Counted from the stretch's first letter, positions 1-10,597 are shown. The stretch is 61,994 nt of DNA from a virus (IMGVR_UViG_3300012930_000013:1-61994), one strand, 5' to 3'. Numbers and translations: made by a program. The notes: generated by a model from the letters alone, not told the origin.

Positions 1-14
1 CGCTCCGCGGAGCG

Positions 15-1193
15 ATGCGGCTGACCGGCGGCGACTACTTCGGCTCGACCGCTCGGATGGCGCGCGCGGGTGAGAACCCTGATCCAGACCTCCAGGAGAA
101 TATCCTCGACCAGCTGATGAGCATGTCTGGGGTCCGCGCATGGCTCGCGATGCCGGACGGGCCGGACGCCGACCGCGCGCTCGACCGCATCGCCGGCGTC
201 GCCGCGACCCTCGGCACCGGGCTTTCCCAGCTCAAGATCGCGGCGCTGCTCAAGGCGAAGAAGTCCACGCAGGGTCCGCTGTTCAAGCCGCTGTCGGCCG
301 AGGCGGCTGAGGTCGGTCGCCAGCAAATCGGCTCTTCAGGGGCATCCCCGGAAACAGCGATGGGTCCACGGCGCAGCCAGAGCGAGGCCCAGCGGCCGAG
401 CGGCATCTCATCCATCCAGGAGATCGGGTCGGTTGGGTCGAGCGTGCGAGACCAGGTCAGGCAGTCGCAGGCGGACGAGCTCGTCCGCCAGGCGATCGCT
501 CACCCGCTGGCCGGCGACCCGTTCGGTACTGGTCGCGGCTCTGGCTCTCGGATGGCGCCGATGTCCGGCGGCGCCGCGAGCTCGGGCTACCAGGGGTTCG
601 TGATGCAGAAGTTCGGCAGCCCGCTGGCGGGGCGATCGCCTCACCCTGGGGTCGACCTCGCGTTCCCCCCCGGGACCGCGGTGACGGCTCCGGTCGACGG
701 GGTCATCACTCACATCCGCGACGGGTCGGGCATGGAGGCGGGGAAGGCCGTCCACATCCGCGCGGACGACGGCTCGGAGTGGAAGCTCTACCACATCGAC
801 CCCAAGACTTTCCCGGCCGGGCTGCGCGTCGGTCAGCGGATCGCGAAGGGCACGCCGCTCGGGAAGACGTTCGACTTCCCGGCGTGGAAGGACACCGGCG
901 TCCGCACCCACCTGCACGTCGGCCACGTCGGGGCGTCGGGCGCGCTGCTCGACCCGATGGGGCCCGGTGGGATCTCACCCGGAGCGCTGACCGGAGGAGC
1001 ATCGCCGTCCGCGGCCTCGTTGGGCGGAAGCGGTGGGTCCAGCGGGCTGGCCGGCGGCGCCGCGTCTCACGTGACGGCCGACGTCCACGTCCACGTCCAC
1101 CAGGACCAGTCTGGACGCCCGGTGGCCCGCGTGCGCGCCCCGACACCAGCGATCACCAGCTCGCCGGGTCAGCTCTTCGGGGGCACCAGGTGA
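15..1193 (+). CDS. Tape-measure/tail protein C-terminal part with M23 metallopeptidase domain (probably 5'-truncated by window edge)
   Basis: M23 motifs HPGVDLA (HxxxD), TAPVDGVI, LYHI and HLHVG (HxH); Gly/Ser-rich linker; lies directly upstream of hub and spike genes. Confidence 0.75.
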   Translation: MRLTGGDYFGSTARMARAGENPDPDLQENILDQLMSMSGVRAWLAMPDGPDADRALDRIAGVAATLGTGLSQLKIAALLKAKKSTQGPLFKPLSAEAAEVGRQQIGSSGASPETAMGPRRSQSEAQRPSGISSIQEIGSVGSSVRDQVRQSQADELVRQAIAHPLAGDPFGTGRGSGSRMAPMSGGAASSGYQGFVMQKFGSPLAGRSPHPGVDLAFPPGTAVTAPVDGVITHIRDGSGMEAGKAVHIRADDGSEWKLYHIDPKTFPAGLRVGQRIAKGTPLGKTFDFPAWKDTGVRTHLHVGHVGASGALLDPMGPGGISPGALTGGASPSAASLGGSGGSSGLAGGAASHVTADVHVHVHQDQSGRPVARVRAPTPAITSSPGQLFGGTR

Positions 1194-2863
1194 CCCGCAA
1201 GGTCGTCGCGTCAACCGGCGACGTGCGCGACGTCAACTGCACGTGCGACGTCCTCCACGTCGCGCGGAGCGCGCAGTTCAACGTCGGTGACGTGCTGAAG
1301 CAGATCGTCGTCGCCCAGGGTCTCCTGGCGACCGGCTCGACCCTGCCGGCGAACGTCAACCAGGCGTACGGCGGTCAGGGAGGTACGGCCTGGCTCGGGG
1401 AGGGCTCGAGCGACGTCATGGCCGCCTCGTGGTCGAAGGACGTCGACGGCGTGGTCGGGACGCTGTCACTCCACCTCAAGCCGCGCACGCGGTACCTGGA
1501 GACGATCCTGCCGGGCGACCTCCTGGTCGTGTTCATGAGCGACGTGGGTGGCTACGACCCGAACCAGCGGTTCGCCGGGACCCTGGTGTCGACCGTGGTG
1601 GTCGACCGCGTCGCCGAGGACACGACCATCCAGAAGATGGCGACCGTCGACACCATCACCGTCACCGCGCGCGACCTCGCCGTCGTGCTGTCGGAGTCGT
1701 CGACGGTGTTCGACCAGGCGTTCGCTCAGATCGAGAACGCCGCGTTCACCGGCGACTTTATCGGGAGGTTGTTCGGCGAGAAGAAGCAGCTCGCCCTGAG
1801 CCCGCTGGAGAACGTGCTCGTCCTCCTCCTGCTGCTCTACGACGCCGACGAGACGGGGAGCAAGCTCACGGGTCTGCAGTGGCGGATGTCGGGGTCCACG
1901 TCTGGTGACCTCTCTCAGCTGGTGTCGCTCATCGACGTCACGACCTTCGTCCAGAAGCCGCTGCCGTTCTACGCCGTCGCCGAGCCACCTGGCATTATTC
2001 AGGCAGGCAACGTGTGGTCGCTGCTCGAGAGCTACTCGAACCCGCTGGTCAACGAGTTCTTCGTCGACGTCAGGGACAACACCTTCTTCGAGCAGGAGTT
2101 CCTGAGCAGCCGAGGGTTCGCCGCGGAGTCGACGTACTTCTCCAGCAACCCCGGCGACGTCGCGTCCCAGCTCACCACGGTGTCCGACGTCCTCGAGAGC
2201 AGGGTGTTCGGGAACACCCCGGCCGCCAACACCTCGACGCCGGCGCTGGTGTTCCGCCAGCGCCCGTACGACGACGACGCGTTCAACATGCTGCCGACGA
2301 CCGCGGTCGACTCGACCGAGGTGGAGGCGTTCTCGATCGCGCGCTCCTCGCACGACGTCGTCAACTGGTTCCGCGTCAAGTTCCCCGGTCTCGACGTCAA
2401 GCTCCAGGAGCTGGTCGCCGGGATCCGGATGGTCCCGCAGTCGGTGGCCAAGTTCGGCTTCCGCCGCATGGAGGCCGAGACGCGGTACATGTTCGCGTCG
2501 AGCGCGGCGTCGACCACGTTCAGCCAGGGCAGCACGAAAGCCGACTTCGGCGACGTGTTCCGCGGGTACATCGGCCTGCTGTCGGCATGGTACGGGCAGA
2601 ACGAGTACTGGTACGCAGGTCAGATCACGACGCGGTTCATACCGGCTATCAGGGTCGGCACGCGCCTCCGCCTGAGCCGCCGCGGCCTGACCTACGACTT
2701 CTACGTCCAGGGCCTGCAGCACAGCTTCAGCAAGGAGCCTGGCGCGAGTCGCAGCTCGTTCACCTTGACGCGCGGCCGGGTGGTCGACGGCGCCACCGTG
2801 CCGTCGGTCTCCGTGGCGGACTTCCAGCACGACGGGTTCGACGTGCAGGCGGGTGCCCAGTGA
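1190..2863 (+). CDS. Baseplate hub-like tail protein
   Basis: GTG overlapping the upstream TGA; NEFFVD and LVFRQRPY segments; C-terminal IRVGTRL...FYVQGLQHSF...TLTRG pattern typical of phage hub proteins; synteny. Confidence 0.6.
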   Translation: MTRKVVASTGDVRDVNCTCDVLHVARSAQFNVGDVLKQIVVAQGLLATGSTLPANVNQAYGGQGGTAWLGEGSSDVMAASWSKDVDGVVGTLSLHLKPRTRYLETILPGDLLVVFMSDVGGYDPNQRFAGTLVSTVVVDRVAEDTTIQKMATVDTITVTARDLAVVLSESSTVFDQAFAQIENAAFTGDFIGRLFGEKKQLALSPLENVLVLLLLLYDADETGSKLTGLQWRMSGSTSGDLSQLVSLIDVTTFVQKPLPFYAVAEPPGIIQAGNVWSLLESYSNPLVNEFFVDVRDNTFFEQEFLSSRGFAAESTYFSSNPGDVASQLTTVSDVLESRVFGNTPAANTSTPALVFRQRPYDDDAFNMLPTTAVDSTEVEAFSIARSSHDVVNWFRVKFPGLDVKLQELVAGIRMVPQSVAKFGFRRMEAETRYMFASSAASTTFSQGSTKADFGDVFRGYIGLLSAWYGQNEYWYAGQITTRFIPAIRVGTRLRLSRRGLTYDFYVQGLQHSFSKEPGASRSSFTLTRGRVVDGATVPSVSVADFQHDGFDVQAGAQ

Positions 2864-3684
2864 GCGAGTGGTCTCACGACGGGCACCCGATCCAGGCCGG
2901 GCTCGGGCGCGCCGACTACATGCTGACCGGGCAGCGCGCGCACTTCTCGGCCGCCGACCTGCGCGAGATGGTCGTGGTCGCGCGGTACTACGTCGACGAC
3001 CCGCGCAACAGGTCGAAGCGGTTCGTCGAGTACACGTGCCGCGACCTCCACACGGGCGAGCCGTATCCCGGCTGCAGGCAGCTCTCCCAGATGGGAGGAG
3101 TCGAGGACGGTGACGACGACACGCTCCGACCGACGACGTCGTTCCTGCCCGGGACCACGGGGACCACCGGGGCCCTGGTCAACGAGCACACCCCGGCGAA
3201 GGACGTCGACGGCGACCAGGTGCTCGTCGGGTTCATCTCCGGGTCCCGGTCGCGCCCCGTGATCGTCGGCGTGTTCCGGCACTCCGGGTCGCAGTACGGA
3301 GCCTCCGCGACCGAGGGCGAGCGTCGCCTGACCCGGCACAAGGGGACGACCATCGAGGTCAACCAGCTCGGCGAGTACACGATCCGTCACAAGAGCGGAT
3401 CGGTGCTCGCGCTGCTCGACAGCGGCGACGTCCAGGTCCGCCCCGCGGCGAACAAGAAGCTGTTCCACGGCGACGTCGGCGCCACCGAGAACCACATGCT
3501 CGGCCAGCAGACCAAGCAGTTCCTCTCGGACCTCATCGACGCGCTCCTCGCCGCGACCTACCCGACCGGCGTCGGCCCGACTGGGCCGATGCTGCCGCCG
3601 TCGCAGGTCCAGCTGCAGGTGCTGAAGGCCAACCTCGACGACCTCCTGAGCGACATGGCCTTCACGCAGAAGGACCAGACCTGA
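2860..3684 (+). CDS. Baseplate central spike protein (Gp5/Gp138-like OB fold)
   Basis: GDQVLVGFISGSRSRPVIVG OB-fold signature, beta-repeat middle, C-terminal TYPTGVGPTGP tip motif. Confidence 0.7.
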   Translation: MSEWSHDGHPIQAGLGRADYMLTGQRAHFSAADLREMVVVARYYVDDPRNRSKRFVEYTCRDLHTGEPYPGCRQLSQMGGVEDGDDDTLRPTTSFLPGTTGTTGALVNEHTPAKDVDGDQVLVGFISGSRSRPVIVGVFRHSGSQYGASATEGERRLTRHKGTTIEVNQLGEYTIRHKSGSVLALLDSGDVQVRPAANKKLFHGDVGATENHMLGQQTKQFLSDLIDALLAATYPTGVGPTGPMLPPSQVQLQVLKANLDDLLSDMAFTQKDQT

Positions 3685-4160
3685 TGGCGACCTCGTCGTC
3701 CACGCTCGCGGCCCAGCTGCTCACGCTCGTGCCGGCAGCAGACGAGGCCGCCGCGGTGGTCACGCTGTCGAGCGCGTACGCCGTCTTCGCCTCCGGCGCC
3801 GTCGCCGGCGCCGTCCCGATCACCGCCGCCGGGGTCGCTCTCGGGAAGACCGCGATGCAGGCGGCGCTCGTCGGGATGAGCACCTCGGGCAGCGGGGTCT
3901 CCGTGCTGGTGTCCGCGACGCAGGCGTTCTGGAGCGCGGTGGCCGGCGGCCTGGCATCGTCGTTCTCCGGCGCGACCGCGGTCGTGCCGCCTCCGCACGC
4001 CGGGCTCGCCGCGCTGCTGGCGTCGACGTTCTCGACCAACACGGCGTCGAGCGCGTCCCTGCCGTCCGCGACCTCCGCCGTCGCGGACGACCTTTACAGC
4101 CAAGTGATCGTCGGAGGTAGTGTAACGTTCCCGGGCCCGGTGACCTCTCCCATCACGTGA
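3684..4160 (+). CDS. Hypothetical virion protein (Ala-rich)
   Basis: Translationally coupled ORF between spike and baseplate genes. Confidence 0.55.
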   Translation: MATSSSTLAAQLLTLVPAADEAAAVVTLSSAYAVFASGAVAGAVPITAAGVALGKTAMQAALVGMSTSGSGVSVLVSATQAFWSAVAGGLASSFSGATAVVPPPHAGLAALLASTFSTNTASSASLPSATSAVADDLYSQVIVGGSVTFPGPVTSPIT

Positions 4161-4167
4161 GACCACG

Positions 4168-6324
4168 ATGACGAACACCGCATTCATCTCCGCGCAGCAG
4201 CCCGACGGGTCCGTCGGGAGGCGCTACGCGAAGGCGTTCAGGTACGCGTTCGCGATGCTGCGGGCAGGGGAGGACCTGACGTCGCTGGACTCCGGTGGTG
4301 GACCAGCCGCCGGTCTCATCGACGAGGGCAGGTTCGTCGTGGTCACGATGCCTCAGGAGCTGAGCATGCGCGGTCCGTTCGCGACCGCGGTGACCGTGAT
4401 GCAGGACGGAGGCAAGGTGGTCGAGTCCCGCGGCCAGGTCCTCCGGCCCGGCGCGATCTCCGGCACCACCGGGTTCCTCCCTCCGAGGGCGTCGGTGCCG
4501 CTGCAGGCCACGTCCGGGCGGCTCGTCCCGAACGTCTCGGACCTCGACGGTCAGCTCGGAGCGGTCTCCGGGTACCTGGCGTTCCGGCGGCTCCGCTACT
4601 TGTTCGACCTGTACGGCGACGAGCGCCGCCGCGGTAACCTGGACGTCGCCTTCTACTTCTTCGACTACAAGTCCGACGACTTCTGGCGGATCGAGCCGCA
4701 GACGTTCGACGTGCAGCGGACGAGCCGCCGGCCGATGTCGTACAGCTTCAGCTGCAACTTCGATTGCCTCGAGCGCGCCGACCCGACCGCGAGCCAGGAC
4801 GCGTCCAGCTTCGGGGCCAGCCCGATCTCTTCGTCGAACGCGCGGGTCAACACGAGCAACGCAGGTGGGGCGCTATCCAAGGTCGCCGGTGGCGCCTCGG
4901 CAGCGTCGAAGTCGGCGATCTTGTCGACGGTGTCGCGGTTCGCCGACATGGTCACGAGCGGTCTCGACTTCCTCAAGTTCTGCGACGCGGTCGTCCAGCG
5001 CGCGTTCCAGTCGACGCTCAACCAGCTGGACAACGTAGTCGGATTTTTCGCTAACGTGCACGACACGTTCTTCACGTTGCTGAACACCGCTCCGACGCTG
5101 ATGGCTCAGCTCAGCAGCTCGCTGGCCGGGTTGTTCAGCACCATCCACAAATTTGCGCCAGACAACATCGCGCAGGAGATCAACGCGTGGGCGCTGGAGG
5201 TGACAGTCCTCTCCGACCACATGGCGGTCCAGATCGGCGTCCTCAACGCGTCGCAGCCGCAGCGCGACGTCGTGGCGACCGACCAGCGGTTCTCGCGGGG
5301 CAGGATGAAGCAGGGGGCCCGCACCGACCTCATGCAGGAGCCCGGCGGCGGGTCGCTGGACGCCAACCCGTTCGTCGGCGCCTCGGGCCTGTCGCTGGTC
5401 ACCGACGTCGACGGGGTCGCCAACACGTCGCAGTACGTCACGGTCGTCATCTCTTACGGTGAGGACGTGTACTCGCTCGCCAGGCGCGTGCTCGGGAAGA
5501 TCGAGCGCTTCGTCGACATCGTGCTGCTCAACCAGCTGGAGTTCCCGTTCATCGTCGCGGACCCGGCCTCGAAGCCTCCGAACACCCTGGCCTGGGGGGA
5601 GAGCATCGTGGTCCCCGCCGCGACCTCCGCGCCGTCCGTCGTGGTGCCCGCGGCGGGTCGCGACGTCTCGATCCCGGCTGCGTCTGGCACCGTGGACCTG
5701 GCGTCGCTCCCGAGCCAGCTCTCCGACAGCACGGCGAGCTGGTTGACCAACCAGTGGGTCGGGTACTCGGTCACCGTGGCGACCGGAGCGCTGAGCCAGA
5801 CGCTGATCTGCAATGGCAACACCGACAGCGTGCTCACCTTGAACGGTAACTGGAGCGTGACGGTAACACCCAACGTCACGACGTACTCGATCACCTACGT
5901 CCGCTTCGACCCTCGTCGCCCGGCTGACCAGGAGACGCAGGCGTACGGCGTCGACCTGCTCGCCGTGTTCGGCCCCGACGGCCGCTGCGACGCGGCGCTC
6001 GGCCCGACGGGCGACCTCGCGACCGTGCGCGGCCTCGACAACCTCTTCCAGGCGATCACGATCCGGTCGCGCACGCCGCTCGGCGCGCACCCGTTTCACA
6101 GGCAGTTCGGCACGCCGGCCCCGATCGGCCGACCATTCACCGCAGACGTCGCGGCGCTCTACTCGTTCTTCATCCGCCGGTCGTGGTTGTCTGACCCGCG
6201 GATCGAGAGGGTCCGCAACGTCCAGGTCAACGACGTCGGCGACACGCTGACGCTGAGCGCCGAGCTCCAGCCGGTCGGCACGCGCTCGGCGCGGTCGTTC
6301 AGCGTCCAGGTCGGAGGAGGGTGA
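4168..6324 (+). CDS. Multidomain baseplate protein: tube-initiator-like N-terminus, LysM-like region, C-terminal gp25/GPW-like domain
   Basis: GEDVYSLARRVLG...IVLLNQLEFPFI (LysM-like); GDLATVRGLDNLFQAI...TPLGAHPFH...FG...SDPRIERV (gp25-like). Confidence 0.65.
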   Translation: MTNTAFISAQQPDGSVGRRYAKAFRYAFAMLRAGEDLTSLDSGGGPAAGLIDEGRFVVVTMPQELSMRGPFATAVTVMQDGGKVVESRGQVLRPGAISGTTGFLPPRASVPLQATSGRLVPNVSDLDGQLGAVSGYLAFRRLRYLFDLYGDERRRGNLDVAFYFFDYKSDDFWRIEPQTFDVQRTSRRPMSYSFSCNFDCLERADPTASQDASSFGASPISSSNARVNTSNAGGALSKVAGGASAASKSAILSTVSRFADMVTSGLDFLKFCDAVVQRAFQSTLNQLDNVVGFFANVHDTFFTLLNTAPTLMAQLSSSLAGLFSTIHKFAPDNIAQEINAWALEVTVLSDHMAVQIGVLNASQPQRDVVATDQRFSRGRMKQGARTDLMQEPGGGSLDANPFVGASGLSLVTDVDGVANTSQYVTVVISYGEDVYSLARRVLGKIERFVDIVLLNQLEFPFIVADPASKPPNTLAWGESIVVPAATSAPSVVVPAAGRDVSIPAASGTVDLASLPSQLSDSTASWLTNQWVGYSVTVATGALSQTLICNGNTDSVLTLNGNWSVTVTPNVTTYSITYVRFDPRRPADQETQAYGVDLLAVFGPDGRCDAALGPTGDLATVRGLDNLFQAITIRSRTPLGAHPFHRQFGTPAPIGRPFTADVAALYSFFIRRSWLSDPRIERVRNVQVNDVGDTLTLSAELQPVGTRSARSFSVQVGGG

Positions 6325-6325
6325 C

Positions 6326-8446
6326 GTGCCGACTGCCCTGAGGTACCTGACCTACCCGGAGGTCCTGGCGAACATGGTCGCTCACGCCCAGGCTCCGGCC
6401 GCCGCGGGTGGGGTCCAGTCAGTCATCGACCTCACCCCAGGATCCTTCTTCTTGACGTTGCTCGAGTGCGCTGCCCTGTCCGATGCGGACACGTACGTTC
6501 AGATGAGCAGGATCCCGAACCTGTTCTCGCTCGATTCATGTCGCGGGGACGACCTCGACCAGCGCGCGATCGAGATGGGTTCTGACACCCTGACCGTGCT
6601 GCGTCGCCGCCCGGCCAACACGAGCGTCACGGCGATCGTGGTCGGCAACGGCACGTTCCTCCAGACCACCGCGGTGTTCGCCGACGTGGCTTCCGGGGTG
6701 ACGTCGTTCTCGGTGGTTGACGCGTCGGCGTTCCCCGCTTCTGGCGCGCTCACCATCAACGCGGGCGCGCCGAACGAGGAGGACCTGGTCTACACGAGGT
6801 CGGGTAACGTCGTCACGGTGGTGCTGTCCGGGACGACGGCGACGTCCCTGCAGCGGAGCCACGCGGCCGGCGAGGTGGTGGCGAGCGTGTCGATCCGGTC
6901 GACCCTCGCGGCGCCGGTCAACGCCGGCGCCGCGTCCGCTACCCTGCTCGCCGGCACCGGCGCGGCGTGGGCGGCCTCCGGGACGGTCATCTTCGACAGG
7001 TCGTCCGGGACGCAGGAGAAGATCGCGTTCACGCGCGCCGCCGACGTCTTGACGCTCGGGACGACGACCACGTTCGCGCACGTGTCCGGCGCGGTTGTGG
7101 TCCAGAGCACCGACGGGGTTGACCACGCGATCCCGAGCGGCTCTCAGCCGTTCGCCCCGCCCACCGCGTCCAGCGCGCAGGTCAACTTCACGGTGAGGCA
7201 GGCGGGCACGCTGTTCGACGGTGACTTCGTCAGCGGGCTCATCCCGGTCGAGAGCGTGCTGGCGGGCACGTCGACGCGGGTCGGTTCCGGTCAGATCTCA
7301 CAGTGGACGAGCCAGCCGTTCACCGGGGCCACCGTCACGAACCCGACCGCGGCCACCCGCGGCGCAGACCGTGAGAAGGACGACCCGTACCGCCAGCGTC
7401 TCAAGAACTTCATCCAGAGCCTGTCTCGAGGAACACCGCTGGCCATCTTGTCGTTCGTCAACGGGCTGACCGACCCGGACACCGGAGCCTCTGTGTCCTT
7501 CGTGCAGATGGTCGAGCCTGTGAGTGCGGGGCCGTCCCTGCTGTACATCACGAACGACACCTCAGGGTTCTCGCTCGGGCAGCTCCCGTTCCTCGGTCGC
7601 GACGTGGTCATCTCCGACGCCTCAGCCGGTGACCGGAGGGGTCGACTCAGCACGTACGGGCCGCCGTACAACTACTCGGTCGCGTCGCCGGTCGCGCCGC
7701 GCCTGTTCTCCAGCGCGGGGACGGTGCGTGGGCAGTCGACGTCCGTCGGGGTCAACTTCCTGGAAGACACCGCGCAGGCCATGACGACGAACGCGTTCGC
7801 CGGCATGTGGCTCAAGACCGTCGACAACGTGTTCCGACAAGTAGCGTCCAACACGGCCGTCAGGTTCGTCCTCACCAGCGGCGACGTGCCCAGCTCGAGC
7901 AGCTACTCCATATACAACTTCGCGGGTAGTCCACTCGTTCCAGGCACTGATTTCATGTTCAACCAGAGCACCGGAGACCTCGAGCTCACCGCCACCCTCG
8001 CGGCGCACGACGGCCTGGTGGCCGCGTCGGACGGAGCCTCACCGTCTCAGGGCGCTTACCTCTACGCGAGCGGGCTCGCGGCGTTCGTGCAGCGCTCGGT
8101 CAACGGGGACCCCGCCGACTTCAACGACTTCCCTGGGTACAGGTCGGCCGGCACGCAGGTGCTGGTCACGGTGCCGAACACCGTCGCGCAGTCGTACGTG
8201 ATCTCGGTTGTCCCCGCATCTGGGTTCACCGTGGCGCAGCTGGTGGCTCCCGTGCAGGTCGCGACGCAGACCACGGTCAACTCGAGTGGGATCGGCGCGA
8301 CGCAGCAGCTCTCCGACCTGATCGTAGCCATCAAGGCCATCCCCGGGGTCGGGGACTTGACGATCATCACGCCGCCGACGAACGTGTCTGTGCCCAGCGG
8401 CACCCTCATCCGGATCACGGCCGACAACGTGGCGGTGCTCGGGTGA
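6326..8446 (+). CDS. Baseplate J-like protein
   Basis: DLTPGS, LDSCRGDDLDQRA and TNPTAATRGADREKDDPYRQRL motifs of the baseplate J family. Confidence 0.8.
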   Translation: MPTALRYLTYPEVLANMVAHAQAPAAAGGVQSVIDLTPGSFFLTLLECAALSDADTYVQMSRIPNLFSLDSCRGDDLDQRAIEMGSDTLTVLRRRPANTSVTAIVVGNGTFLQTTAVFADVASGVTSFSVVDASAFPASGALTINAGAPNEEDLVYTRSGNVVTVVLSGTTATSLQRSHAAGEVVASVSIRSTLAAPVNAGAASATLLAGTGAAWAASGTVIFDRSSGTQEKIAFTRAADVLTLGTTTTFAHVSGAVVVQSTDGVDHAIPSGSQPFAPPTASSAQVNFTVRQAGTLFDGDFVSGLIPVESVLAGTSTRVGSGQISQWTSQPFTGATVTNPTAATRGADREKDDPYRQRLKNFIQSLSRGTPLAILSFVNGLTDPDTGASVSFVQMVEPVSAGPSLLYITNDTSGFSLGQLPFLGRDVVISDASAGDRRGRLSTYGPPYNYSVASPVAPRLFSSAGTVRGQSTSVGVNFLEDTAQAMTTNAFAGMWLKTVDNVFRQVASNTAVRFVLTSGDVPSSSSYSIYNFAGSPLVPGTDFMFNQSTGDLELTATLAAHDGLVAASDGASPSQGAYLYASGLAAFVQRSVNGDPADFNDFPGYRSAGTQVLVTVPNTVAQSYVISVVPASGFTVAQLVAPVQVATQTTVNSSGIGATQQLSDLIVAIKAIPGVGDLTIITPPTNVSVPSGTLIRITADNVAVLG

Positions 8447-8769
8447 GCATCCCGGTCATCACGATCGTCACCTCGCTCCCTCCGTCGAGCGCGGCCACGC
8501 CAGTCGTCATCACGGTGGTCGGGACGGCGTCGGTGGCGCTCCGGCGCTCTTGGATCAGCGCGGCGTTCCCGGGGATCATCGGGGATGAGGTCATCCACAA
8601 CAGTGACCGTTTTGGTGCATTCTACACGAACGGCACCAATACCCGCGTCAGCATCACGAACGGTTATCAGTACACGATCCTGAGAGATGGAGGGTGGCCG
8701 GTCGGCGCCTTCCCGCTGGCGTCGTCGTTCGCCATCAGCGCGGTAGACACTCTCGGCAACGGGACGTAG
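8443..8769 (+). CDS. Hypothetical virion protein
   Basis: Coupled start (GTGA); beta-rich ORF in the tail module. Confidence 0.5.
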   Translation: MSIPVITIVTSLPPSSAATPVVITVVGTASVALRRSWISAAFPGIIGDEVIHNSDRFGAFYTNGTNTRVSITNGYQYTILRDGGWPVGAFPLASSFAISAVDTLGNGT

Positions 8770-8785
8770 ATGAAGGAACAGTGCG

Positions 8786-10597
8786 ATGAACACCCCACCA
8801 CCAAGTGACAGAAACATCATCAGGACAGCCCTGGTGGTCATCGCGATCTGCGGCGGCGGGCCGCTCCTGGCGTCGAACTTCGTCGACAACAACACACCGC
8901 TGCCCGCCGCCAAGATCGACCGCTTTCCTCCGACCAACCCGACCCAGCAGTGGTCTGCGCTCGACGCGAACACGGTCTTCGGCGCGCTGAACGACCTCCG
9001 AACCGTCGCGCAGCGTGTCCCAATCAACGCCCAGGCGTTCGGTGCTACCGGAGCTGGGGTCGTCGACGACTGCCCGGCGATCAACGCGGCGCTCGCCGTG
9101 GCCGGGAGCACAGTCAACGGCGTGTTCGGCGGGTTCGTCGCGCTCCCGAAGGGCACCTACCTCTGCAACACGCAGATCGTCATCCCGAACGGTACCGGGC
9201 TGCGTGGAGACGGCCCAGCCGACACGCTGATCAAGGCCAAGTCGACGTTCAGCGGCACCTCGCTGGTCAAGAACCTGAGCCAAGACGGCACCCAGCAGTA
9301 CGCGTTCCTGGATGGGCTGTCGATCTCGGGCAGTGGTGGGGTGGAGAGCGAGGCGGTCGTGTCGTGGGGCTCCCTGCTGGTCAACAGCTACATCCGAGAC
9401 GTGGTCATCTCCGGTGGCAGCAACGTCGGGCTGCGGATCTTCGCCGACGGCACACCTGGAGGCACCGGGCCAGTCCTGGTCGAGAACACGTGGGTGCTCA
9501 ACAACCTCGGTCACAACGTGCTCGTCGAGGACGCCACGACGAACAGCGGCGCGATCGCCGGGGTCACCTTCGTCAACCTGACGAGCTCGAACCAGGGCAG
9601 CTCGTCTTCCGCGGTCCACCTGAAGGGTCGAGGCCGCCTGGGGCAGACCAACTTCACCAACACGCACATCGAGATGACCAACGGCCACACGAACATGACC
9701 GGGGTCACCATCGACGGGGCGTCGCACCTGCTCTTCGACGGGATCCAGCTGCAGGCCGGGGGCGGGTCGACCTTCGTCGCCGGCGTCAACGTCTTGAACA
9801 ACGCGTTCACCGTGGACGTTCAGCTCCGCGCGGTCACCAACATCAACAGTATCAACCCGGTGGTGCTGGACGCGAAGAACAGCGTAACGATCGGAGCTGT
9901 CAGCGTGCCGTGGTACGTGACGCCTGACGCGACGATACAGGGCGGTGCTCGGTTCCTGCCCAGTTCTGGCGGCGTCAGCGCGGTGTTCCAGAGCTCCGCT
10001 GGCGTCGACCGGGCGTGGTTCGACACCAACGGTCGGATCACGGGGTCGAGCCTCAACGGGGCCGGCGTCGACGCCCTCGGCGACGCGACGAACAACCGAC
10101 CGCTCACCTTCCAGCCGAACGTGTCGAGTGGGTTCACCACGGTGTACGGCTACTACTTCCCGGTCGGTGGCGCCGGCGTGCTGCGCGAGCGCCAGATCAC
10201 CGGGGGCATCGACGTCAGGCAGGTCAACACCGACGGCAGCCAGTCGTTCTTTCAGGCGCTCACGCTGCAGGCCGGCGCGACGTTTCAGGCCAACGCGACG
10301 CTTCAGGCCAAGGTGGTGGCGAGCGGAGGCGTGGCGCCGACGGTGACGTCATGTGGCACGGCGCCGTCGGTCGACGCGACGTCGACGAACTTCGCCGGGT
10401 TCTTCACGACCGGGACCGCCGGGGTCACCTGCACGATCACGTTCTCCGCGACCGGCGGGACCTTCGCGAACCCGCCGACGTGCCTGGTCGACGCGCCGGG
10501 AGCCGCCGTGCCGACCTACACGGAGAGCACCACGGCGATCACATTCACCGTCGTCGTCGCCACCACGAAGTATCGCTACATCTGCGTGGGGCACTGA
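8786..10597 (+). CDS. Tailspike / receptor-binding protein with pectate-lyase-like right-handed beta-helix
   Basis: INAQAFGATGAGVVDDCPAINAAL...VALPKGTYL...LRGDG motif; Asn/Gly/Thr-rich helix repeats; AAGGA RBS upstream. Confidence 0.75.
   Translation: MNTPPPSDRNIIRTALVVIAICGGGPLLASNFVDNNTPLPAAKIDRFPPTNPTQQWSALDANTVFGALNDLRTVAQRVPINAQAFGATGAGVVDDCPAINAALAVAGSTVNGVFGGFVALPKGTYLCNTQIVIPNGTGLRGDGPADTLIKAKSTFSGTSLVKNLSQDGTQQYAFLDGLSISGSGGVESEAVVSWGSLLVNSYIRDVVISGGSNVGLRIFADGTPGGTGPVLVENTWVLNNLGHNVLVEDATTNSGAIAGVTFVNLTSSNQGSSSSAVHLKGRGRLGQTNFTNTHIEMTNGHTNMTGVTIDGASHLLFDGIQLQAGGGSTFVAGVNVLNNAFTVDVQLRAVTNINSINPVVLDAKNSVTIGAVSVPWYVTPDATIQGGARFLPSSGGVSAVFQSSAGVDRAWFDTNGRITGSSLNGAGVDALGDATNNRPLTFQPNVSSGFTTVYGYYFPVGGAGVLRERQITGGIDVRQVNTDGSQSFFQALTLQAGATFQANATLQAKVVASGGVAPTVTSCGTAPSVDATSTNFAGFFTTGTAGVTCTITFSATGGTFANPPTCLVDAPGAAVPTYTESTTAITFTVVVATTKYRYICVGH

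Noticed and set aside
1081-1100. (acgtcc)n microrepeat
   Set aside because: Encodes the alternating VHVHVH strand at the tape-measure C-terminus; too short to imply phase variation.
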